DNA of 64,000 nt, taken from contig CAVUXT010000045.1 of assembly GCA_963745465.1 (NCBI GenBank), positions 35,235-99,234 of the forward strand, read 5' to 3'. The notes beneath the pieces are model-generated. The model searched no databases. It saw only the letters and a program-made list of their open reading frames with translations, and was not told the origin of the DNA. The translations under genes were made by a program, and so were the position numbers. Below are positions 28,507 through 39,897 of this stretch, in pieces (positions within the stretch are counted from its first letter, which is position 1; each line of letters starts with the position of its first letter). Source of the stretch: an uncultured Bacteroidota bacterium. GTDB taxonomy: Bacteria; Bacteroidota; Ignavibacteria; Ignavibacteriales; Ignavibacteriaceae.

Positions 28507-31500
28507 ATGAAAAGCAAAATCTCGGTAATATTAGTTTTATTACTTACCGTTTCACTTTATTCACAAAGTGATATTAAAATTGTCAGTTCAGATAGAAACT
28601 CACTTATAATTGAATATACACCCAGCTATTCTGATTCATCTGTATTAGCAATAAATAATGAAAATTACATAAATGTTGGTCTGGTTAATGGCTACATTCA
28701 AAATTAAGACCAATGGGGAACACCGGCTGTGCCTGTACGGTTAATGAATGTTGGCGTACCTTCTGAATTCGGAAACACAATCCAGATACTTAGTTCAACT
28801 TTTAAAGAAATAAATGGAAAGATAATACCGATTCCCAAACCAGACAAATACAAAGGGGTAGACAATGTTTTCTATGAGATAAATGATAAGTATCTGAAAT
28901 AGCAGCAATGCAGAAGATCTGGTTTCATTTGGAAAGTATGGGCTTTCTAGTAATGTGCCTACACAGCAAATTATTATTTCACCCGTTAAGTTTTTTGCCT
29001 CGCAAAATAAAATTCAGATATATACAAAAATTGTTTTCAGAATAAATTTTTCTCTTCTCAAACATTTTCAAATAAACCTGCAAGTGACCTGCTGAAAGGT
29101 GCGCTGGTTAATTATTACCGTTGCAAAATACTGGACAAATAGTAATGTTAAGCTTTAAAAAAGGGAGTATTCAACAGCGTACTTGCTTCCGGAAATTGGG
29201 TGCGAATTGAGGCTACAGATGAGGGTATTTATAAAATTACAAAGATCAATGATGAGCTCTTATGGCTTTGATGTAAATAATCTGGATCCAAGGACTATTA
29301 AAATTTATAATAACGGTGGGAAGGTACTATCTGAAGATTTCAATGCAGCCGAGGCCTTCAGACCTGCAGGAAAATGCGATAATTGTTGTAGGTGAGGATG
29401 ATGGTAAATTTGATGATACTGATTATATTTTGTTTTATGGAAGAGGTAATAGTTTCTGGGATTATGATCCAGTCAGTAAAACGATAAAAAGATATTTCCA
29501 TCCTTACTCTACAAAAAATTATTATTGGATTACTGTTGGCGGTTCTAATGGGAAAAGAATCCAAAATAAGCCGGGCTTAAATTCGTCATCACCATATGTG
29601 CAAACATCAACCAAGGCATTTGCAAGTATCGAAGATGACAAACAAAAGGTCGCTCCTTCCGGAAGAGAGTATGTTGGTGATGCCTTTACTTCATCCAGTC
29701 AGACAATGACATATACAAATAAACTTGACGGAAGACTTTCCTCTTCGCCGATCAATTATAAGATCAGGTTTATAAATGCTTCGCCTGAAAATCTAGGTTT
29801 GCAGGTTAAAGAGAGTTCATCTTCAATTTTATCACAGTTTATGTACGGTTACGGAACCGCCCAGTATGTTTTCGGTTATGCATATATTTATACGCCCAGT
29901 TTTAACGGTTCCCTTACTGACAGCAGGAGTGTTCTGCAGTTTAATGTGACTCCTGGCTCCTCCACTTCTACAGGGTATCTTGACTATGTGGAAATTTATT
30001 ATGAAAGAAATTTCACTGCTGCAAATGACTACTTATCATTTTTTTCTAAAGACACCACTTCAACCATCGAATATGATCTCGGTGGATTTTCTTCTTCCAA
30101 CATAAGAGTTTTCGATGTTACCGATTATGCAAATGTTAAAGTTATTACTAATCCTACCTTGCTTAGCGGTGGCAATTTTTCATTTCAATCTTCTGAGTCG
30201 TCGGGTAATGTATCTCATTATATAGCTGTGGGTAGCGATAATTTTAAAACGCCTGTTAATCCTGTTTCCGAGCCTAATTCGAATTTACATGGAATATCAA
30301 CAGGTGCTAAATTTATTATAATTACGTACAAGGATTTTATTCCGGCGGCTAACAGGTTAAAGTCATATAGGGAAAATCAATCCAAAATTAAAATTTCAAC
30401 AATAGTAGTGGATGTACAGCAAATATTTAATGAATTTTCAGGCGGATTAGAGGATGTTTCCGCAATAAGAGATTTTATTAAATATGCATATGATAACTGG
30501 CAGACTAAACCGGAATATGTATTGTTCTTTGGTAAGGGTACTTACGATTACAAAAATGTTGAAGGTTATAATAATAATTTTGTGCCGCCCTATGAAACGC
30601 AGGAATCGCTGGATGAAATCAATTCATATCCTACGGACGATTTTTTCGTTAGTGTAAGCGGGAATGATTCATTCATTGATTTGGCATACGGCAGGATAAC
30701 GGTGCAAACTCCCGATGATGCTAACAGCATTGTAGATAAAATTATAGGTTATGAAACGAACAGTGAGCGTGGAAGCTGGAGAAATCTGATTACACTTGTT
30801 GCTGATGACGGTTACACTGGTGCAACTCACTATTATGAAGGCCCTGATCATACTGATGCATCTGAGACTCTTGCTAATTCATTTATCCCACAATCATATG
30901 ATCTTAATAAAATTTATATGGCAGCATATCCAATGGTAGTGACAGCCAGTGGAATTACTATGCCTACAGTTAATACAGCAATTATTAACGCGATAAATGA
31001 AGGGACGCTTATACTTAATTTTATTGGACATGGTAGTCCAACTCAATGGGCGCAGGAAAATGTATTTAATGTATCATCTTCTTTCCCTCAACTTCATAAC
31101 AGCAAACTCTTCTTCCTTACAACTGCGACCTGCGATTTCGGATACTATGATGAAACAGATAACCAGAGTGCAGCTGAAGATTTATTATTTATGAAAAATT
31201 CAGGAGCTATAGCGTCATATACTTCATCAAGGCTTGTCTACTCTTCGCAGAATCATACTCTTATGTATCAATATTTCTATGATTTGCTGCAATCGCAAAG
31301 AGATACATTGAATCTAAATATTTCTGTGGGTCAGGCTCTCTTTCTTACAAAACAAATTTACAACAGCGTAAATGATCAGAAGTATTTTATTTTAGGAGAC
31401 CCTACATTAAGAATACTATTGCCTGAATATTCGGCGAATATCGATTCAGTTGATGGGCAAATTATTTCACCATATTCTGGAAATGTTCAGGTTAAAGCAT

Positions 31501-32499
31501 TGAGCAATACTAAAATTAACGGTACAATAGCAAATCCCGATAATTCACCCTGGAGTGATTTTACTGGTGAAGGGATTCTTTCTGTGTATGATTCGCAGAG
31601 CATTGTTCCGCTCCCTGCGCTTCAAAATTATCCAATGGTAGTTCAGGGCGGAGTAATTTTCAGGGGCACTATCTCTGTGACTAATGGTAAATTCGCTACA
31701 AATTTTGTTGTTCCAAAGGATATCTCTTATGATAATCACAATGGCAAAGTAATATTTTATTTTTATAATAATAATGCTGATGGTCTTGGTTTTACTAACA
31801 AGATTATAGTTGGCGGTTCAGATACGACTACTGTAAACGATGGCCAGGGTCCTTCAATTGAGATATTTTTTGATAACATAGCTTATGGCAAATCTGCAAT
31901 TAATTAATCCAAATTCCACATTGATTGTTAAATTATCTGATGAGACAGGACTGAATACTACCGGAACGGGAGTGGGTCATAAATTGGTAGGTATACTAAA
32001 CGGTGATGAAAACAACCCGATTGATTTTACAAATTATTTTACCAGCGATATTAATTCAAGTGGTAAGTCAGGCGAAATAACTTATCCGTTTAGTAATTTG
32101 TCGTCGGGCAATTATAGTCTTGAAGTAAAAGCCTGGGATGTTTTTAATAATTTTTCCAGCGCGGAAACAAATTTTACAGTGGTATCAGATAGTGAACTGG
32201 TCATTCAGGATGTGTACAACTATCCTAATCCATTCACTTCAAACACAACATTTACATTTCAGCAAAATCTGAACAAACTGCTGGATGTGCGTATAAAAGT
32301 TTATACTGTTGCAGGAAGATTAATTAGAAATATTGAAAAAATGAATGTTAGTGAAAAATTTGTAAAAATCCCCTGGGATGGCAGAGACCAGGATGGTTCA
32401 TATATTGCTAATGGGACTTATTTATATCAGATATCTGTACAGACTGTCGATGGAAGTTATAGCAAAAGTGTTCTTGGTAAATTAGCTATTGTCAGGTAA
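28507..32499 (+). pseudogene. porU: Type IX secretion system sortase PorU (peptidase C25 family) with T9SS C-terminal sorting domain; disrupted by 1 in-frame stop and 7 frameshifts as sequenced
   Basis: PorU-like sequence can be followed across frames: signal peptide (28507), in-frame TAA at 28705, then shifts near 28897, 29053, 29115, 29153, 29255, 29350 and 31885. Segments include SVLASGNWVRIEATDEGIYKIT, DLQENAIIVVGEDDGKFDDTDYILFYGRG and LNFIGHGSPTQW (C25 catalytic His region). The C-terminal CTD is YNYPNPFTSNTTFTF...GTYLYQI. It lies directly upstream of porV. Confidence 0.8.
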
Positions 32500-32576
32500 T
32501 AATTTGGGACCTTATTCATTTTTTAGTGAAATGACTTAAAATTTATTTAAATTTAATATATCGGAGGATAAATAAT

Positions 32577-33728
32577 ATGAAAATAATCTTAAGGCTGATT
32601 CTTATCAGCGCGCTTTTTGGAGTTTTCCAGAAAGCTGCATTTGCCCAGGGTGGTGAATCAGCAGTGCCTTTCTTGTTGTTGGCGCCTGATTCCAGAGCTG
32701 GAGGTATAGGTGAATCAGGAGTTGGACTTGCCGACAATTCTGCTGCAATTTTTTGGAATCCTGCAGGAATTGCATTCCTTACTGGCGGAGAAGTTAGCAT
32801 TACGCACAGTAACTGGTTGCCGCAATTCAATTTGGATTTATTTTATGACTATTTTACTTACAGACAATATATTGAAAGCCTAAGTGGCAGTGTAACAGCT
32901 AGCGTTACATTTATGAATTATGGTGAATTTGTTCGAACTGGTCCCGATAATGATACACCATTGGGAGTTTTCAAATCTTATGATTTTGCAGCTACTGTAG
33001 GATATGCAACGAAGGTAAGTAATGACTGGGGTCTCGGCATGAATTTCAGATTAATTCATAGTAGGCTTTCAGATCAACCGACTGCTAACGAGCAGGGTAG
33101 CGGCGTTGCTACTTCCGTCAGTTTTGATATTGCAACTATGTGGCGTCCTTCAACTTTGGATATACCTATGTTGGGCGATTTGGGAAATAAATTTAGCTTC
33201 GGTGCAAATTTAAGCAACCTGGGTCCAAAGATATATTATATAGATCAGGCACAGGCAGATCCTATACCTACAAACTTAAGGTTTGGTTTTGCATATGAAA
33301 TATTAAAGGACGATTACAATTCTTTAATGTATACTTTTGATATCAGCAAACTTCTTGTTGATAAGAAGGATAGCACTACGTCTAAGGAATTTTACCAGGC
33401 TATTTTTACAGCCTGGGGTGCTCACCCGTTTTTTAGATCTATGGATTATTCAATGGGGGTTGAGTACTGGTATGGCCAACCAGGCGATTTTCTCTTTGCT
33501 TTAAGAACTGGATTTTTCTATGAAGATCCTGCATATGGCAACAGGAAGTTTGTCACTTTCGGTGCAGGAATAAGATATGATATTTATGGTTTTGATTTCA
33601 GTTATCTAACGACATCCATTTTCCCAAATGGGGCTAGTAATCCATTATCAGATACTCTCAGATTTAGCGTTTCTATTGGTTGGGGAGGCGCTGCTGATCA
33701 ATCAAGAGGGTTACCCAGAGGAATTTAA
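32577..33728 (+). CDS. porV: Type IX secretion system outer-membrane shuttle protein PorV (LptO)
   Basis: AVPFLLLAPDSRAGGIGESGVGLADNSAAIFWNPAGIAF is the characteristic PorV N-terminal motif. It is about 380 aa with FadL-like barrel composition and sits in the conserved position after porU. Confidence 0.85.
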   Translation: MKIILRLILISALFGVFQKAAFAQGGESAVPFLLLAPDSRAGGIGESGVGLADNSAAIFWNPAGIAFLTGGEVSITHSNWLPQFNLDLFYDYFTYRQYIESLSGSVTASVTFMNYGEFVRTGPDNDTPLGVFKSYDFAATVGYATKVSNDWGLGMNFRLIHSRLSDQPTANEQGSGVATSVSFDIATMWRPSTLDIPMLGDLGNKFSFGANLSNLGPKIYYIDQAQADPIPTNLRFGFAYEILKDDYNSLMYTFDISKLLVDKKDSTTSKEFYQAIFTAWGAHPFFRSMDYSMGVEYWYGQPGDFLFALRTGFFYEDPAYGNRKFVTFGAGIRYDIYGFDFSYLTTSIFPNGASNPLSDTLRFSVSIGWGGAADQSRGLPRGI

Positions 33729-33733
33729 GATTA

Positions 33734-36724
33734 ATGAAGTATTTTCTTGTTGTTCTTAATTTACTTTTTGTTTTGGGCAGTTCTTCTGCCCAAAATTTTA
33801 TACAGAAAGTGCGCCCTTTTTCTTCTACCGTTGTTTCCAGGTTATCAGCTCAGATTGACACTTTAAAAATTCTCGCGGTAATGGTGGAATTTCAGGCGGA
33901 CAAAGATGAAACCACTTTCGGTAATGGCAAATTTGGGACAATATACTCACAGGATTATGGACAAGGAATACTGGATCCATTACCGCATGACAAAGCCTAC
34001 TTTGAATCACATTTACTCTTTGCGAAAAATTATTTTAATAAGGTTTCGAATGGAAAGCTTGTAATTCAATATACAGTTCTTCCTGGAATTCTTACCGTAT
34101 CCAAAACAATGCGAAATTATTCTCCGCCAAGTAATTCTACTGATTATACTTTGCTTGCAAACTTTTGTAAAGAAGTTTGGCAATTGGCAGACTCAGCAAA
34201 CCCCGGTTTTAATTTTTCAAAGTTTAATGTTTTTACAATATTCCACGCCGGTGCGGGAAGAGATGTTGTTTTACCAGGAACTCTCGGAAATGAACATAAC
34301 ATTCCTTCACTTTATTTGAGTGATGAAGCCTTTAAGAATATTTACGGCAATTCATTCAGCGGATTTACGGTAAATAACAATTTTAACATAACTAATACGA
34401 TTGTTATGCCGGAGACTGAGAGCAGAGAAGTTTCAAATGGACTAACAACTTCATTCCTTCAGCTTACAATCAATGGTTTGATGGCGGCAAATATTGGAAG
34501 CGCAATTGGTTTGCCGGATTTATATAATACCAAAACAGGTGAAAGTGCTATCGGGCGTTTTGGTTTAATGGATGGACAATCATTCTTTGCATTTGGTGGA
34601 TTGTTTCCACCAGAGCCCACACCTTGGACAAAAATTTATATGGGATGGGCTGACCCGGTGACTGTTAGCCCGGGTAATTATAATGATATAAAATTATTTA
34701 CCAGACTAGCGGCTTCAGTATCCGATACTGTAATTCTTAAAATCCCGATTAACTCAAAAGAATATTTTCTTGTCGAAAACAGAAACCGTGATGTTCACAA
34801 AGATGGGGCAAAACTAACATACGTCTCAAATGGAATAACATTAAACAAAACATTTCCTGGAGATGAAGATAATTTTAATAATTATAATGTTAGTGCTATT
34901 AATGGAGTTGTTACAGACGTTGATGAATTTGATTATGCAGTACCCGGAAATGGAATTGTAATCTGGCATATAGATGAAAATGTAATTGACAATAACATTG
35001 CTACCAACTCAATAAATTCCGGAACAACGCGCGGAATTTTTGTAGAAGAAGCTGATGGAGTGCAGGATATCGGACAACAGTTTGCGGACATTTTCGGAGA
35101 TGTGATAGTAGGCGAAGGAACCCCCGAAGATTTTTGGTTCAAATCAAATCCTTCTCAGTTTTTTACAAATAAGTTCTCTAAAGACACAAGGCCAAACACA
35201 AATTCCAATACCGGAGCAAACAGTTTAATAACAGTTTCAGATTTTTCGGATACATCTATTGCTATGACATTTAATGTTGCCTTCGGCGATTCAATAATAA
35301 AACCAATCTTTGTAAAGAAACCATCCTTAAATTCATCAATAGATAGGTTAAGTTCATTAACATATTTGAATAGATTTGAATTGGGAACCTTGTCAAACTC
35401 GACCCTAAATATATTGGATAGTAACGGGAATGTGATTTATACACAAAACAATTTTTCATCATTCGAACCTGTATCGACAGCTTTGGGAAGTGGTTCCATT
35501 TACATAGGTGCATTTTCTTCATTCATAAATATTATTTATAGAGATTATATTACAAATCCTTTTTCAACACAAGTTTCAGTTTCTTCAGATATTACAGCAC
35601 CTTTAGTTTACTTTTTAGGATTGAATGGAGCCTATAGATTACTGATTGGTACTCAATCCGGGAAAATATATACTTATGATACTTCAGTTTCGCTGGCCGG
35701 CGTAACAGATAGTACTGTGGCAGCTCCCTCGGCTATTAAAAAGATAGCGGCTAATAATGATTATTATTCGGCTATCGCAGGCAATTATTTTTTTGATTCT
35801 AATGGTAAGAGTTTAAGCTTTGCAGACTCACTTCAAAATTTGATTCTAACGCAAAATTCATCAGGAGATTATTTATCTATTGTTGAAACAAAAAGCCAGA
35901 TTTCGGTTATCAAAAACGGGGTAATAATTTTTTCTCAATTGGTTGATGGAAACCCGGCTGAAAATAATTATGGTCTTGCTTTAGCTGATTTAAAACAGGA
36001 TGGTCAGAATTATATAATTTATAACAATGGACTCCAAATCAGGGCAATGAATATTAGCGGCGCTTCAGCTGATAATTTTTCATTTAGTGATCCGCTAAAT
36101 ATTGGATTTGTAGGTACTCCGGTTGCTCTTGATTTTGCCGGGGATTCAAAATCAGAAATAATTGCTGCAACAAAAGACGGAAGAATTTATGCAATCGATG
36201 GAGGCACAGGAAAGGTGGTCGATGGTTTCCCTTTAAAAGTCGGGACAGCTTTGAGCACGTCACCGGTTGTATTTGATAATAATGGGAAAGCTTCATTAGC
36301 AGTAGTATCAGATTCTAACACTGTCTCTTCCTGGATTATTGGTGCTGGTAGTGGAAAGTATTTTTGGGCCTCAGAAAACGGAGACAATTATAATTCATCC
36401 TTTGTAAAAGCTGCATCTCAGGTAAACTATGTTAGTGATTATTTCCCATCATCCCGGGCATATAACTATCCAAATCCTGTTTATGGAAATACAACCAATA
36501 TAAGATATTATGTTTCTCAGGATTCAAAAATCAATATTAAAATTTTTGATATTGCAGGCAGTTTTGTGGATGAACTAAACGATTTTGCCCATGGCGGTTT
36601 AGATCATGAAACAATTTGGAATGTGAGCAAAATCCAAAGTGGAATTTATCTCGCAAGAATCGAGGTCACGAGTGCAAGCGGACAAACAGAGAGTAAAATT
36701 ATTAAGATTGCTGTAGTGAAATAA
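33734..36724 (+). CDS. T9SS cargo protein: M6 (immune inhibitor A)-like metalloprotease domain lacking the HExxH zinc site, FG-GAP/beta-propeller-like repeats, T9SS C-terminal sorting domain
   Basis: M6-domain landmarks are ILAVMVEFQADKD, IFHAGAGRD and IGLPDLYNT. The expected HEFGH is AANIGS (34484-34501). The C-terminal CTD is YNYPNPVYGNTTNIRYYV...GIYLARIEV...IKIAVVK. Confidence 0.75.
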   Translation: MKYFLVVLNLLFVLGSSSAQNFIQKVRPFSSTVVSRLSAQIDTLKILAVMVEFQADKDETTFGNGKFGTIYSQDYGQGILDPLPHDKAYFESHLLFAKNYFNKVSNGKLVIQYTVLPGILTVSKTMRNYSPPSNSTDYTLLANFCKEVWQLADSANPGFNFSKFNVFTIFHAGAGRDVVLPGTLGNEHNIPSLYLSDEAFKNIYGNSFSGFTVNNNFNITNTIVMPETESREVSNGLTTSFLQLTINGLMAANIGSAIGLPDLYNTKTGESAIGRFGLMDGQSFFAFGGLFPPEPTPWTKIYMGWADPVTVSPGNYNDIKLFTRLAASVSDTVILKIPINSKEYFLVENRNRDVHKDGAKLTYVSNGITLNKTFPGDEDNFNNYNVSAINGVVTDVDEFDYAVPGNGIVIWHIDENVIDNNIATNSINSGTTRGIFVEEADGVQDIGQQFADIFGDVIVGEGTPEDFWFKSNPSQFFTNKFSKDTRPNTNSNTGANSLITVSDFSDTSIAMTFNVAFGDSIIKPIFVKKPSLNSSIDRLSSLTYLNRFELGTLSNSTLNILDSNGNVIYTQNNFSSFEPVSTALGSGSIYIGAFSSFINIIYRDYITNPFSTQVSVSSDITAPLVYFLGLNGAYRLLIGTQSGKIYTYDTSVSLAGVTDSTVAAPSAIKKIAANNDYYSAIAGNYFFDSNGKSLSFADSLQNLILTQNSSGDYLSIVETKSQISVIKNGVIIFSQLVDGNPAENNYGLALADLKQDGQNYIIYNNGLQIRAMNISGASADNFSFSDPLNIGFVGTPVALDFAGDSKSEIIAATKDGRIYAIDGGTGKVVDGFPLKVGTALSTSPVVFDNNGKASLAVVSDSNTVSSWIIGAGSGKYFWASENGDNYNSSFVKAASQVNYVSDYFPSSRAYNYPNPVYGNTTNIRYYVSQDSKINIKIFDIAGSFVDELNDFAHGGLDHETIWNVSKIQSGIYLARIEVTSASGQTESKIIKIAVVK

Positions 36725-36750
36725 AATATTCCTTCATTATCGGATAAAGA

Positions 36751-39700
36751 ATGCCTCTCAATAAAAATATACTAATCTTGAAGTTAGTTCTATTATTGCT
36801 TGTACTTAATATTAATTCTGCTTTTGCGCAGTTCACTGATTTTCATCCGGAACTTGAATGGTACACGATTAAAGGGGAACATGTAGTTGTGCACTTTCAC
36901 GAAGGTGCAGAAAGAACCGCAAGAGTAGTGGCTAAAATTGCTGATGAAGTTTGGGGACCCCTTACTTCTCTTTACCATTATGAACCAGAAACCGTTCATT
37001 TTGTTATAAAAGATATTGACGATTATTCAAATGGTGCTACTTACTTCTTCGATAATAAAATCGAAATCTGGACGAGCGCTCTCGATTTTGATTTGCGCGG
37101 AACTCACAACTGGCTGAGAAATGTAATCTCACATGAATTCACTCACATGGTTCAGATACAGGCATCGATGAAAATGTCGAGAACAATTCCAGCATTTTAT
37201 ATCCAGGCATTAAATTATGAAGATGAAAGACGCCCGGATATACTTTACGGTTTTCCTAATTTTATCTTGTCTTATCCGATTGCTACAGTAAATGTACCGG
37301 CCTGGTTTGCTGAAGGTACTGCACAATACATGCGTAAAGAATTCCATTATGATGATTGGGATACTCACCGTGATATGATTTTACGATCCTATGCACTTGA
37401 TGGAAATATGCTGACGTGGAATCAAATGGGGGTGTTTGAAAAAACCAGTTTAGGAAATGAATCAGTTTATAATTCCGGGTTTGCTTTAACAAGATATATT
37501 TCTCAAAAATATGGTGAGGACAAACTTAGAAAAATTAGTGAAGCGTTGACTAAATTTGGTAATGTGACAATTGATCAGGCGTTCGAAGATGTACTTAATA
37601 AAGATGGATTCGATGTATATGACGAATGGAAAAAATATGTAACCGAAAGCTATAAAGAAAGAAGCAGGGAAGTGCTTTCAAATCTCACCGAAGGGAATAA
37701 AATATCCGCAGAAGGATTTGGCAATTTTTATCCTGCTTTCTCGGAGGATAGTAATAAATTTGTTTATATCTCAAATAAATCCAGTGATTATTTTTCGCCT
37801 GCCGGAGTTTACCTTTTTGATTTAAAAACAAAAACTGAAAAATTATTAGTGAATAATGTTAGATCCACAGTCGCCTGGGTTCACGGAACCAATAAAATTG
37901 TATATTCTAAACTAGAGGATAATAACCCAAATTTTTACAATGTACACGATCTGTATATTTATGATATTGACAAAGACTCGGAAACAAGGCTGACCCATGA
38001 TCTTCGTGCTAATCAACCTGATGTTTCGCATAACAGGTTCAAAAATAGTTTTTCTTTTTGAAAGGGACGGCACAACCAATCTTGGTTCAGTGGATATAGA
38101 CGGAAACAATTTCAAGCAATTAACATTTTTTCAGAATGGGGAACAGGTTTATAACCCGAAATTTTCAAATGATGATTCTTATGTAATTTTCGGATATTCC
38201 GATAAAGACAGCCGGGATATTATGAGAGTTGATGTTGATGGTTCGCATCTGGCAAAAGTGCTTGCGACTAAAGATGATGAAAGGAATCCGGTTATTGACA
38301 AGAACGGAAACATGATTTATTCAAGCGATGAATCGGGTATATTTAATATCTATTCTTTAAACCTAAATACAAACGAAAGGAAGCAATTAACTAACGTTAT
38401 TGGCGGTGCATTTATGCCTTCAATTTCATCTGATGGAAATATCTTATATGCTGGATATACTTCTACTGGTTATAAAATATTTGAGATTTCACCAGAAGAA
38501 CAGGATAAAGTTAATCCCAACAAAAAATATGTCTGGAAAAATGATCCGCCAGTTGGTGAAGATAAACCAAACGGGGACATTTCTAATTTTGATTTAAAAC
38601 ATTTACAAAATTTTGATGATTCAGTAACTCCGGATTATCAAAAGGAAAAATATAGCGGTTCATTTTCAAAATTATCTTTTTATCCGATTTTAAGATTGGA
38701 TAATTATAATACTACGAATTCATTCATTGAAAAATTAAAACCAGGATTAATCGTCAGCTCCATGGATATGCTTAACCGCTATTCATTATTTGCCGGTGGT
38801 TCAATAAATACACGCGGCGAAAGGGATCTTTTTCTAACTTTTGAATACAGAAACAAAATACCTGGATTGTTCGACCTCGGACTTAAACCGGAAATGACGC
38901 TTGAACTTTATAACATTACAAGGAAATCCAATGTTAATGTTTATTTCGGCGCTGATACTGTCGGTAATACAGTCAATTATGATTTTATAATCCCTACTAT
39001 TGTTACATACAATCTTTTTGAAGTGGATCTTGCGGCTAATTATAAAATATTTACGAGAAATCAGGACCTGGAATTCAGGTTTATTTTCAGTCAGTATACA
39101 GCAAACTTAAGCAGTTTCCTTTTACCCGATAAAGTTACTCTTTATCCGTCAACCAATGATACTTATTTGATTGGTAGAAATCTTCAAATAAAATATTCGC
39201 TGGATGCTATCGCTCCGACCATTGATTCAGATATAAATCCGATAGGTGCTCATCTTGAATTACAATATAATTATGAATTCAATAAATTTAATCCAAATGG
39301 CAAATATACTGTTGTAGATGGAATACTGCAGCCTGATTACACTAACTTTGATTTTCACCGTCTTGAGTTAAATATGCAGACGCATTTCCCAACATTTCAC
39401 GATCATACAGTCTCTGCCAGGATTCGTGCAGGGGCGATATTAGGTCCAACTCAGCCTGATTTTTTCGATTATTTCCTCGGTGGATTGATAGGAATGAGGG
39501 AGTACCCATTCTATGCTATTTCGGGTAACAAGGTGGCCTGGGTCAATTTGACATACCGGTTTCCAATTGCCAAAAATATCGACACAAGAATCGGGCAATT
39601 ATATGTTGACAAAGCTTTTATCTCGTTTTTTGGAGATTTGGGAAATGCCTGGGATGGAAACGCTACATCTCTGAGCCAGTTTAAGAAAGGAGTTGGTTCT

Positions 39701-39865
39701 GAAATAAGAGTTATGATGAATTCATTTTACATTTTTCCAACAGCTGTGTTCTTTAGTGCGGCTTATGGCTTTGACAAATTTACCAGAATAGTCAATGACG
39801 AAGCGATAACCTATGGAAAGCAGTGGCTCTTTTATGGAGGCATAGCCTTTGGGTTCGATTTTTAA
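36751..39865 (+). pseudogene. Outer-membrane protein with HExxH metalloprotease-like N-domain, PD40/TolB-like beta-propeller repeats and C-terminal beta-barrel; single frameshift near 38035 as sequenced
   Basis: ISHEFTHMVQ (HExxH) and PD40-like repeats (PAFSEDSNKFVYISN, NPKFSNDDSYVIFGY, MPSISSDGNILYAG). The two ORFs (36751-38061 and 37997-39865) join as ...PDVSHN/GSKIVFLFERDG after removal of 1 nt at about 38035. The C-terminus is GIAFGFDF. Confidence 0.7.
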
Positions 39866-39897
39866 TTAAAATTTTTATTTATAAAAAATAAATCACA

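Noticed and set aside
28705-28707. In-frame TAA in porU as a possible programmed readthrough or recoding site or an alternative genetic code.
   Set aside because: TAA is used as an ordinary stop by many genes in this window, no recoding signal is evident, and the site is accompanied by six nearby frameshifts. A lesion or sequencing error is the simplest reading.
29183-29395. The 70-aa ORF (and the 66-aa ORF at 28507-28707) as independent small genes.
   Set aside because: Their translations (…SYGFDVNNLDPRTIKIYNNGGKVLSEDFNAAE… and the signal-peptide segment) are contiguous pieces of PorU, so they are fragments of one disrupted gene.
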